A stretch of 64,000 nucleotides of DNA from Geosiphon pyriformis uo1 (taxonomy: Eukaryota; Fungi; Glomeromycota): the NCBI GenBank assembly GCA_016748015.1, contig JAAOMT010000295.1, positions 682,001 through 746,000 on the forward strand, read 5' to 3'. Under the pieces are notes generated by a model that made no database searches, was not told the origin of the DNA, and saw only the letters and a program-made list of their open reading frames with translations. Each line of letters opens with the position of its first letter. The stretch's first letter is position 1. Of this stretch, positions 53,201 through 64,000 are shown one piece after another. The translations under genes were made by a program, and so were the position numbers.

Positions 53201-55623
53201 ATATCTCTTAAGACCAAGAAATTGTCATCTCTGAGAACATTAAACATATTGTAAGCCAAAAATATACAGTCAGACAATATCTTTGACAAAATTTTATGAG
53301 CAGTTTCAATTAAAGTAATTGACTATGTGTTAGTAAGGCATTCTTTTCAGTCATATAGTTTGGAGATCATAGATATTCATGTATATTTCCATAAAACTGG
53401 AACATTATTATGCACAAGACAAGCATTTAACAAGTTTAGAAGGCAATCTAACATCAAATTGCCACCATGCTTCCAAAGTTTTTTTGAAATATTTAAAAGG
53501 CCAGCAATCTTGTTATCTGGCAGATTCTTAATAACCACATTTAAGTCACCTAACTTGATCTTATCTATTACATCAAAGAAAGCATTGTCTATCACATAGT
53601 CCAAAAGAGCATACTGATAGAACCACAAATTAGGCACAAATTCAGATACTTTGTATTTCCTTGTCTAATTAATCATGATACCATCAACTTTGGCTTTTAC
53701 TTCAGCTGGTTTCAGAATTAAATTACTATTTAATACCAAGTAATCAAGAATGATCTTGCAAAAAGAACATTTCAGAATACTATTAATCATATTTCTCTTC
53801 CCTGAGACAAAATCATCCATGCATTTTCCAATCACTTTGTTGATAAAAACACTCTTAGCCAACTTAGATTCAATATATTTAGTCTTGTAATAACATTTTT
53901 TGACAACAGACAATTATTTAAAAATCTCCACAAAATTGCTACAAGCATCAAGCAAACCAGAAATTTTAGAAAATTCTGCATTATTCATAACTGACCAAAT
54001 CTTAACAAGATGAACAAACCTCAAGAAATCACCCACATTTAGAGTTCTAACTATCTTAACAATTAACAATTCAAGCCTGTAGAATCTAGAAGAATGTTTG
54101 TTCCTGAAACAATCAAAGATACTGTATCAACATTTAGAAAAAATAAAATTTGCCAACTTTATTATCACTTTTTTTAACAGACCCCACATAGAATTCAAGT
54201 CACCAAGATTCTTAGCAACAGTGAAGTCGTTTTTTAAAAGTAACATCTTAACAGCAACATAGTCTTCAAAACATGTCCATTTAGCAGCATTCAAGTCTTT
54301 GAAATTAAACTTTTAATAGTCTGTGTTAGTGAGCTTGCACAATGTATTTAACTGCTTGTTCAAAAGGCCACTCAAATCCACTAAGACTAACACAGCCAAG
54401 TAATCAATATCAAAATAATCAGAAACACTATTAACATATCCACCAAATACAGCAGACAAGAGATGACCACTCACAAAAATAAAGTTGATAGTCTTTTTTA
54501 CCTCCCTGGAATTGTATCATGTAAAAAACTTGGATAAGAAACTGCTTAAAAGTACATTGTGTAACCCCAATTCCAAGCATTTCTTAAAATTTGCACTATG
54601 TTCAACCTTATTTTCATTAAAATTGCCACCGAGCAGAACATGAAAGCTTAAGCTTATTGTCAAGGCAATAAGAGAATTGATAGCAAAAGCCTGTTCAAAC
54701 CTTACACCAGCATACAGACCCAAAATTGAAACAGAAGCTCTGCCAGCAAAAAAAAGATGAACAGAAATAAAACATCAGAGATTTCTAAAATTTTGCACAT
54801 ATGACAAGCAAGGTCTTTATTCAAAACAATTGCAACTCTTAATCCAAAATGTCTAGAATCTATTCCAGAACTAAAAACTTTTAAATCAGAAAATCTGTTT
54901 TTAATTTATGGTTTAGTGCAATTTTTGAGTTTTGTTTCAGCGAAAACAAAAACCAAATTGTAAGAATCTTTATGCCATCTAATAGCATTATCCTGCTTAG
55001 CCAAATTGTTCAAACTTCTGACATTACATATAGCAAACTTCCAAACCAGACAACTCATTGAGAAGGGAAAGAGACCAAAGAACTTGAGCTGGCATACAAC
55101 AGACCCAACTTTGCAAGAACTGAACCAAAAAAGATTTTAAGAGCCACCAATTTTGATTCCAGATAGCCCACCTTAGTGGTCAGTACTTTTAAACTACTCT
55201 AACCCAAAACTGAGACATCTAAGGTAGCAGAAGAAGGAGGCAAAAGCACCATATTAGAACCATCCAAAACCAAGTCCATATTTGAATCTAAACCAGTAGA
55301 TAGTAAGTCAGTCAGACTACAAGAGTAAGAAAAAAAAGCTAAAAGCACTATTTTCACATTGTTGAGCTTTTACATTAAACCAAAAATCTGATCTGTCAAG
55401 AGATCTAAAGAGTGTTTCAGAGATGTTAAATGTGCATACAAAGAAGAAACATTATTAGAAACAGAAAAGTGAGGATCACTTGAAGCCAAAGCACCAAAAA
55501 AAAAAGAGCCAGCACCAGAACCAGTAGATAAAACATGAGGAGAGAAATTCACCAAAACTACTTGGGTCCAAGATTTGCTACCAAAGGCAGCAGAGTGGAA
55601 GATAGGAACATTTTTTTTAGTAT
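50285..55623 (-). mobile_element. LINE copy D (more divergent subfamily); ORF1 interrupted by the Gypsy LTR at 55624
   Basis: ORF2 relic 55058-50405 (GGNFN, LQNICKAYD, GLDQNEVFSLLLW, AFVNN, VYIDSS, WLKVKGH). Same 3' UTR as copies B and C. Confidence 0.9.
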
Positions 55624-56492
55624 TGTTATGGTTTAAGAATTTAGCAAAAAGAATCATAAAAATAATACAAACTATTCAATCATAATATAGCACAGTAATA
55701 ATCTTAGAAAAGTAATGATTAACATAGTAGCAAACACCATTTCGTGATAGTGGCAAGCACCAGTTCACAATAGCAGCCAACACCAACTGGTGATAGCAGC
55801 AAACACCAGGTTGAAATATCAAAAAGAAAGTATTTTTTTATAGAACTACAAACATGTATATATACAGTAGTTTTAATATTGGGAAATAAAAAATCAAGTA
55901 ATAAAAATCATAACTTATCAAGCAACAGATCCAATTTTATCCAACAAACTCCACTTTAAATCATACTTTCAAATTAAATATCCCAAAAAACCTTTAAAAA
56001 TCAAAAAAAGAAATGAAAAAGAATATTTAAAACGGAACTATCACAACCCAAAGTATTAAGAAACTTACTTGTATTATTTATTGAATGAAACTATCATTCA
56101 TTAACTGAATCCCTTGGAAGAATAATCCTTGATCAAGATTATTCACGTTGTTACTAATTGAGAAAAGCTTTATTGTGAGAATTAGAAAAGCGCTAAAGAC
56201 CATTAACATTTTGTGTTTCTAGATTAGAGAAACACATCAGGCAATTGCAAGGATAGCCTCAGAGAAGACCCCAGACAGTGGGTAGATTTCAGTTCAGCCT
56301 CTGAGAAGGAGTACATAAACACACACAACAATCAAGAATTAAAGAATAACTTACATCACAACAGTAAAAAGAAAGCCTTCAGTGTAACAGTGACATTATC
56401 ACACAAATAGAATTAAGGAATTCACAAAAAACTGATTGCAATTAAAGTGGGATATCAGCAATTAAATATAACAAAAAAACCATCCCATAATA
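55624..56492 (+). repeat. 5' LTR of G3 (869 bp) with four ~23-bp ATAGYRGCAARCACCA repeats at ~55723-55810
   Basis: Termini TGTTATGG...CCATAATA (one transition from a perfect inverted repeat), followed by TT and a TGG-type PBS. Confidence 0.85.
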
Positions 56493-56494
56493 TT

Positions 56495-56511
56495 TGGTGA
56501 ACCCTATGAGG
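56495..56511 (+). other. Primer-binding site TGGTGAACCCTATGAGG; tRNA not assigned
   Basis: TGG (complement of tRNA CCA) begins 2 nt after the LTR end. Confidence 0.7.
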
Positions 56512-59500
56512 AAAGAAAATCAAAAAGGAAATAATAATTAGCAATAATTCATTGCTAAAAAGGAAAAGACAAAAGTGGTGACAAAAACCCCTAATCTTAC
56601 TGTTCTTGAATTCTGCCGTGCTATTTACACACAAAATCAAAGTAATCTTGGATTACCAGAAGGGTGTTGTCCAGCAGAATCTGCCCTCACTTATTATATC
56701 AACGCCAGAATAAATTATCATATAGGAAAGGAAGAAGAACCACACGATGCAAAACTTGGATTGTATAGAGAATTATCACAATACACTACAAAAGAAGTAG
56801 CAGTAATAGCTGCAACTATTGTCAAAATCCATCAAGAAATTGAGCAATACGCCAACGAAAATTTTCCAATATCCACAGGAAACACTAGGGAATGCATCAA
56901 CAAAACCAAAGAAAATTTAGAAACTAATCAGGAAAGTAACCAGCAAAAACTAGGAACACCAGCTCAAACGCCAAAGAAAACTGTCACTCAATCAATAAAG
57001 AAACAACGTATTTATTTACCAGAAGATAAATCATACTATTTTTCACCAGAAAATAAGATACAAATTCCATTAGGAGCTGCATCATCATCAACATCAACTC
57101 CACAAATGCCAAGAACTCCTAGTTATATTGATAAAATTAAACAACGTAACTGGGGAGACATACCAATTACAGGAGGATATTCATCACTATTCCAAAACCC
57201 TCTTTTTCAGCCAAAATTTAGAACGGGGTTTGAAAACCGTGAAAAGGAGTCTGAATTGGAATCTGAAAAAGAGACCAGCGAAAAAACAATCACAAGACCA
57301 GTCACTGGAACAAGCAGCCAGTCCAGAAACCAAGAAACTTGTGATCAAAAGGAAGAACTGAATATAAGGGAAGCCACCTTTAGGAATGCTCAAGGAAATA
57401 TCATCCCACCTCCTCTTAGACCAATAAACCCACCAGCAGAAAACGGCAATGAAATGACCACACCATACATTGCAAGACTAACAGATTTCTCAGGAGAGAA
57501 AGAAGAAACAGACGTGCACACATGGCTTAGAGAAGCACAAAAAGCCATCCAGGCAAATAACTGAAACGACCAAAGAGCAATTCAAACATTACCTTTCTTC
57601 CTGAAAGGCACAGTCGACTCATGGTATCAAAGCCTGGAAACAAAACCCACGAGCTTCGCCGAATTTAAAAATGCACTCCTGGAGTATTTTAGTAACCCAA
57701 ACGCCGTAATCCAACTACAGAACAAATTCAATACTATCAAGCAAAATACCAGTGAAACTGTTACCCAATACCTTGCTCGATTCAATCGAATTCGCTGTCA
57801 GATTGAAGCAATTGAACAAGGATACTACACTGATCCTCAGGTTTTAAATCAATTTATTAGAGGATTAAAAAGCAGCATTTTAGGAAGAGTACGCCCTGCC
57901 CACCCTAATTCCTTACCAGAAGCCATTACGCTCGCCAGAGCCCTTGAATCGGCTGAGAAAGAAGCTAACCATAGTCAAATAGTTAACATGGTAATAGAGG
58001 AAAATAAGACAGAAACATTAGAGAAAAGAGTAACACGATTAGGGGAGGAACTCTTTAAGAAAATAGAAAGTTACCTCATCCCGGAACTAAGAAAAAATAC
58101 ATACCAACCACCCCAAAGACGCAGTCAGGAAGTCAGTGACAGTCGAAATAATCGCTCGTCATGCCAGAAATTCAGAACAGAAACACGCACCTGCCATTTT
58201 TGCAAATGCATAGGACATTTGATTAGTCAATGTCGAATGCGAATGATGCAGGAAGCACGCGAAAATAATTACTACATGCCACCCCAAATGCCCAGAAACC
58301 AGTACACGCCAATACCATGCCAATATCCCACCATGTATTAAAATCAAAGAGCTTACCAGCAACAGCCCATGATAGCCAACCCGAATTGGCGTCCCGAGGC
58401 CCGAAATCAGCCCATGTAGAACCAAAACGCATTGGTTCAGAGGAATTCAAACCATGCCGGAACCAATCAGCAAACCAATCCAAACTACCAAAATTATCAA
58501 CAAACTTACCTTAATATACTGGAAAACCTGATCATCAGAAACAATGATGGTAGAAACATAAACAGAACCAAAAATTTCTCCAAATTGAGCCAAACAATAC
58601 CACCAGCAGTTGCCACCGAAGATAGCAGCCTCGCAGCTATTTTTCCTTTTGAATTAGAGGAAAATGAGGCTATGTTCAGTGGAGCAGCATTGGACGAAAA
58701 ACGCCCAATCACTGCTATGTATATGGAAGCCACTGTAAACAATACCCCAATCAAACTTATCTTAGACAGCGGATCCGCTAGAAGCATCATAATGCTTCAA
58801 CTAGTAAACCAACTGGGTTTCAAAGTTGATCGTGCTGCAACGTCCCAAATCATAACAGCCAATGGAAGTACAAAGCTGCCTCATGGCGAAATCGACTCAT
58901 TCCTTTTCGAAATTAACAGCATAGTAATACCTACAAAAGTATTAGTAATGGACGCTACACAATATCAAGCGTTAGTAGGAAATGACTGGCTAACAAAAGC
59001 CAACGCCACCCTAAACTGGACCACTCAAGAGCTTTTGATCAATTATAATGGCCACCAAGCCAAAATTCCAGCCACCTGTGGCCACTTCCAAAAACCCAGC
59101 ACCAACCAAAGACCTACCTTCGAATTTGAAGAAAATCTAGCACTACCAGCCATCGAAACCTATCAGCTCTCTTGGGCTGATGACCAAAGAACAGGATTAC
59201 CAGCCATACCAACGTGGACCAGCAAAAAAAGATCCGAATGGAACCAGGTAAGTTCATGAAGAAACCACCAGCAATGCAGACCAAAGCTAGAATGCTCAGT
59301 TTGCAAGAAGAAACTCTTGTCTATGACTGTGTGCAGCGCACCAGACGAAGACCCAAGAAACCCCACCCACTACTATTATAACCGTTGTAACAAAGAAAAA
59401 TACGGTTACCCAAAAAGACACGGAAAATGGGACGAGGAACCATGCCTCACTTGTGGAGAACCGTTACCAAGAGGGTGCGACTGGAATGACTTACCAGGCA

Positions 59501-60039
59501 GAGGAGGAACGTGTGACGCAACTTGCCAATACACGATTCTCATCTGTGACTGAGTAAGAGGAGGAACGCCATTCGAAGTAGCGTTCAACAGAGCGTTAAA
59601 AAGACTACAGCACTATTCACACGACGAGGACGAGTTGTACAACACCGCACAAGCCAAAGTAAGAGGAGGAACCGCCGAAGAAATACGACGTTGGAAAGAG
59701 TCAGCTGAAGTAGCCGACGAAGTCGCCAGCTACAACATGTTTGACCCAGTGGACAAATTCCAGGACTACTACCAACAACTATGCCCCACTTGACAAGAGC
59801 AAGAACAATATCTCGCCCAAATCAACACTTACCTCTGCGAAAACTGTCTCATCCCGTGCCAAAATCAGTGCTGTGAAGAATATCAAGACGAAAGGGACTT
59901 AGAAAAAAAAATGGAAATTGAGAATCAGCAGTCTCAAAATCAATCAATAAATCAACAAGACTCACCTGACGGTCCCGAGTCAGAAAAATTTGTAGCCTAT
60001 ACCGATCTAGAACAGGTGACCGACATCTGATACTTTGAC

Positions 60040-60450
60040 AATAGGCACTTAGGAATAATACCCGAAAGAGCCCATCCAACCAACACCGAATTTGATCTAC
60101 ATTATCCGGAAGACCAATCCACAATGCTACCACCCAGAAGCATTACCAAAATCGACCTAAAAATAGCAGTTGAAATTCCGCCAGGAATAATGGTTCAAAT
60201 GGCGTCGCGATCAAGCCTCACGAAAAAAGGAATAAGCATTCAAGGAGGAGTAATTGACTCTGAATACACTGGAAATTTGATGGTTTTACTACAGAACAAT
60301 TCAGAAAAGCCTTATACTATTGAATCTAAGGAAAAAATTGCACAAGCAATTTTCCTACCATTGGTAAAAATTGGGAAATTCGTGCCAGTGGAAAATTGTG
60401 AGGAATTGTCACAAACAATGAGCGGAACTTTTGGTTTCGGATTGACAGGA
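60040..60450 (+). pseudogene. Trimeric dUTPase domain within G3 pol
   Basis: All five motifs in order, partly decayed: (NTE)FDL, ASRSSL, GGVIDSEYTG, IAQAI, SGTFGFGLTG. Confidence 0.92.
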
Positions 60451-61558
60451 AAAGGAATTGAAGCGAATTTTGCTGAAACAATAGAGAAAAAAGGCGAAGT
60501 AATTAAAAATGAGCAGTCCATCATGCTCCTACCATATGGAAAATCAGAAATAAGAATAAAAAGGACAATTAAAAAAAAAGACCTAATATTTGAGTCCTAC
60601 CCAGAAACTTGCCAACAGTTTCTCATAGGACTTACTAACCTTTTTATTTCAGCTGATAAAGCTCAATGGATAAAAATTCCTATCGCAAACACCACAGAAG
60701 AACCCATCTACATTCCGGAAGATACCATCATTGAATACCTCGGAATGGAGCTAAAAAACGTGTCAACACCACAAAAAATTCTAAATTTCCCAGAAATTGT
60801 CCTCTACTGTGAACTCACTTCAATAAATTGGCAACAACCAGTAGAATGCTATCAATTTATGCCAGAAGAATTGGCCAAATTAAACATTGGAACAATGGAT
60901 TCTGACCAACAGCGACAATTAAAAGCATTAATTTTAAAATACTCTGATATATTTTCAAGAAATGGCGAATTTGGAAGAACCAACTTGGTTCAACACCAAA
61001 TCCCCACTGGAGACACCAGACCTGAAAAACAATGCACTTACCGTGTCCCACCAATGGAGCATAATTTTATCAGAGAAGAAATCCAAAGCATGTTGAAAAA
61101 AGAAATAATACAACCATCAATGAGCCCATGGTCCTCACCAGTTGTTTTAGTAAGGAAAAAGAACAGAAAAATTAGATTTTGCATCAACTATCACAAACTA
61201 AACAGCAAAACAACCAAAAACTCATACCTAATACCATTAATTGACAAAATCTTCGACATTTTTGGAGGAGCAAAATGGTTTTCTACACTGGACTTGACCA
61301 GTAAGTACTGGCAAGTGGAAATGGACCCAAAGGACAGGCATAAAACAGCATTCACAACACAAAATGGCAATTATGAGTTCAATGTAATGCCATTTGGATT
61401 AACAAATGCTCCTGCGACATTCCAAAGACTAATGGACGTAATTTACTCCGGAATTCTGTGGCAATCCGTTGTTGTCTACTTGGATGATACAAATGTTTTC
61501 TCGTCAAAATTCACGGATCATCTCCAACATTTACAACAAGTTTTTGAGAGATTGAGAC

Positions 61559-61654
61559 NNNNNNNNNNNNNNNNNNNNNNNNNNNNNNNNNNNNNNNNNN
61601 NNNNNNNNNNNNNNNNNNNNNNNNNNNNNNNNNNNNNNNNNNNNNNNNNNNNNN
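61559..61654. other. Assembly gap (96 N) inside the RT domain
   Basis: Run of N. Confidence 1.
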
Positions 61655-62264
61655 TTTCAGAAGTTAGAAGCTTTTTAGGACTCGCATCTTACTACCGCCA
61701 CTTTGTAGAAAACTTTTCAAACATCGCCAAACCCCTTAATTACCTACTATCTAAAAATGTGAAGTTTGAATGGACTGAAGCACAACAAAAAGCTTTTGAG
61801 TACCTTAGACAAAAGCTCATTGAATCACCAATAATGATCTATCCGAATTTCAACAAGAAATTCATTTTGGCCACAGATGCCTCTGGAACTGAACTTGGAG
61901 CCATTCTGTCACAAAAAGATGATAATAGAAGAGAACGTGTAATCGCTTATGCCAGCAGAAGTCTTAGTATGGCAGAACAAAACTACGTAGCACATGAACT
62001 TGAATGCTTAGCAGTAGTCTGGAGTTGTGTTCACTTTGACACATATTTACAGTACTAACCCTTTGAGATTATGACAGATCATAGAGGTCTGGTCTGGTTA
62101 AATAACAAGAAAGTGCTAAAAGGAAAATATGCCAGATGGTCACAAACGTTAGCACCATACGATTATATTATCAAATACAAAAAAGGTACCAAAAATGCTA
62201 ATGCCGACTGTTTGTCAAGAATGAAACACACATAAAAATCACCAACCCACCCACCACAACAACA

Positions 62265-63644
62265 ATGAACAACTACCTTTACAAAAACCTCAACTAATAC
62301 TTGGAAACACTACAAATAGACAAAAAAATGCCAGTAAAAGAGCTAATTAAGCTCCAAAAATTAGCAAAACACTATTTCATCTAAAATCACATACTTTATT
62401 ACCGGAATCGACAAAATCCAGATAATTCATTAAGAGTTATAACCACGGATGAAAAAGAAACTATCTTATTTAACATGCACTCAGATATTCATTTAGGCCA
62501 CTTTGGAAAAACAGCAACCATCCAACGTGCAACTAGCCGTTACTATTGGCCAAAAATGAGTTCAGACATAATCCAATACATAAAAAATTGTGACCCATGC
62601 CAATGAAGAGAAGGAGCAAAAACAATGGAATTATTAAGACCAATAAAAGTTGGACAGCCATTTGACAGAATCGGAATTGATTTAGTTGGACTCTTACCAA
62701 TAACAACAAAAAACAACTGTTATATTGCAGTAGTCATAGACTATCTCACCAAATGGCCAGAAGCTAGAGCTATTAAAACAGCTGATGCTATTTCCATAGC
62801 TCAATTTGTACATGAAGACTTAATTTGCTGACATGGATGTCCACAAGAATTGCTATCAGATCAAGGCACACACTTCGTAAACAGCACCTTAAAAGAACTT
62901 AGCCAAAAATTTGGAATCAAGCGACCACTATCATCACCATACCACCCTCAAACAAATGGATTAGTTGAAAGATTTAATCGCACATTATGCGAATTACTGG
63001 CGAAAATTAGTAACGAACATGAAAAAGAATGGGATTTGTTCATACCAGCAGTACTACTAGCATATAGAACAGTAAAACAAGATACTACACAATTCACACC
63101 ATTTGAACTAGTTTATGGAAGAAAAGCCACATTATCCATTGAACTTACTATCCCAACTTATCCAAGTGACACTATCATAGAAACAACATTTCAGGAAACA
63201 CTACTTAGAAGAACATACAAATTAATGGGAACTTTAGAAAACAAAAGAAGAAAAGCAGCACAAAATATTGAACAATCACAAGAACAACAAAAAGTGAGAC
63301 ATGATAACCAGTTACCAGATAATATAATTAGCTACAAAATTGGAGATAAAGTATTGTTGTATTGTACAAAAATGGAAAAACAGTGGAGTGGAAAATTTGA
63401 TCACAAGTGGGATGAACCATTTTATATTCATGAAATACTTGGAAATAGAGCATACAAGCTAAGACTAGATGATAAAATATTAAGAAAAGCAGCACATGGT
63501 AACCGGCTGAAATTCTATTACAGTAAACCAGTAATAATAACAAAAACACCCAGAATTGGAACACAATTACCTTTAATTCTACCAGAACAAATTCCACGAG
63601 ATTTAGAACCAATAGTTTTAATTGAACATTATTCGAAAAGATAA
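62265..63644 (+). pseudogene. G3 integrase (HHCC, DDE core, GPY/F-like C-terminus) in a different frame from RT/RNase H
   Basis: ATG at 62265; H..GHFG..YYWP..CDPCQ, IGIDLVG, SDQGTHF, YHPQTNGLVERFN, KWDEPFYI. Four point stops. No chromodomain seen. Confidence 0.9.
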
Positions 63645-64000
63645 TTAATCTTAGATCACAGCAAAAATGATTTAACAACCATAAAAACGCATGCAAAAGA
63701 TTCCAAAATAACAGTCAAAATTAAAACAATGATACTTATTCCAGAAAACATCAACAATATAACTCAACAATTCGTTGAAAGCTTACAACAATTAAAATTC
63801 CGATCTAGAAATCACAGTTAATAGCTCCAAAATAACATACATAAAAAGAACAATAGAAAATCCAAAAACAAGAAAAGAACATAATTTTGAACCATATAAT
63901 ATTGCCAAATATAACAACAAATTTATTAGCAAAGTTATTGAAAAATTAGAGATAGCATTGGGCAATACATTAATAATGGAAGAAATAGAAATAAGTGAAT

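Larger units (their letters stand above)
56506..62268 (+). pseudogene. Single-frame gag-pol polyprotein relic: Gag, CCHC knuckle, aspartic protease, Cys-rich region, dUTPase, RT, RNase H
   Basis: ORFs 56575, 57988, 58432, 59317 and 60124 share one frame, split only by point stops. Motifs CHFCKCIGHLISQC, LILDSGS..GNDWL, MPFGLTNAPATFQ, YLDD, TDAS..ELECLAVVW..TDH..NADCLSR. Start codon uncertain. Confidence 0.9.
55624..64000 (+). mobile_element. Ty3/Gypsy element G3 with dUTPase; youngest retroelement here; runs off the right edge
   Basis: 5' LTR, PBS, and gag-PR-dUTPase-RT-RH-IN order. Confidence 0.95.

Noticed and set aside
55370-55657. 95-aa minus-strand ORF as a gene
   Set aside because: Chimeric: LINE D ORF1 fused to antisense LTR sequence at the 55623/55624 junction.
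61559-61654. Apparent frame continuity across the N gap
   Set aside because: The gap looks shorter than the RT segment normally found there, so the frame across it is uninformative.
56506-62235. In-frame TGA at Trp positions as an alternative genetic code or read-through
   Set aside because: Stops also replace Arg and Gln codons and include TAA/TAG, all single transitions. The host genes translate in the standard code.
10845-63696. Many short ORFs antisense to LINE, Gypsy and ycg1 frames
   Set aside because: Shadow ORFs of decayed or real coding strands, with no motifs.

Overview
Eukaryotic DNA, almost certainly fungal: AT-rich, with short GT-AG introns and a Con7-type C2H2 factor. An early-diverging Mucoromycota/Glomeromycotina host is my unverified inference. 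A CpG-retaining island of about 12 kb (~29.5-41.2 kb) carries a ~22-intron condensin subunit G gene (ycg1/cnd3, 29581-34039), a Con7-like zinc-finger gene (36521-38050) and an unexplained GC-rich, highly foldable 220-nt segment between them. The rest is nested, decayed transposons. These include four copies of one LINE group (APE-RT-RNase H; two full length), three Ty3/Gypsy elements, several solo LTRs with 4-bp TSDs and an internally deleted Tc1-like element. The repeats show a graded, both-strand C>T/G>A erosion that spares the gene island. The youngest Gypsy (55624 to window end) has an unusual layout: long Gag N-extension, protease, Cys-rich domain, dUTPase, RT, RNase H, then an integrase in a separate frame beginning at a possible AUGA stop-start overlap, then a further decayed ORF. 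All coordinates and alignments were read by eye; boundaries in decayed regions are approximate.
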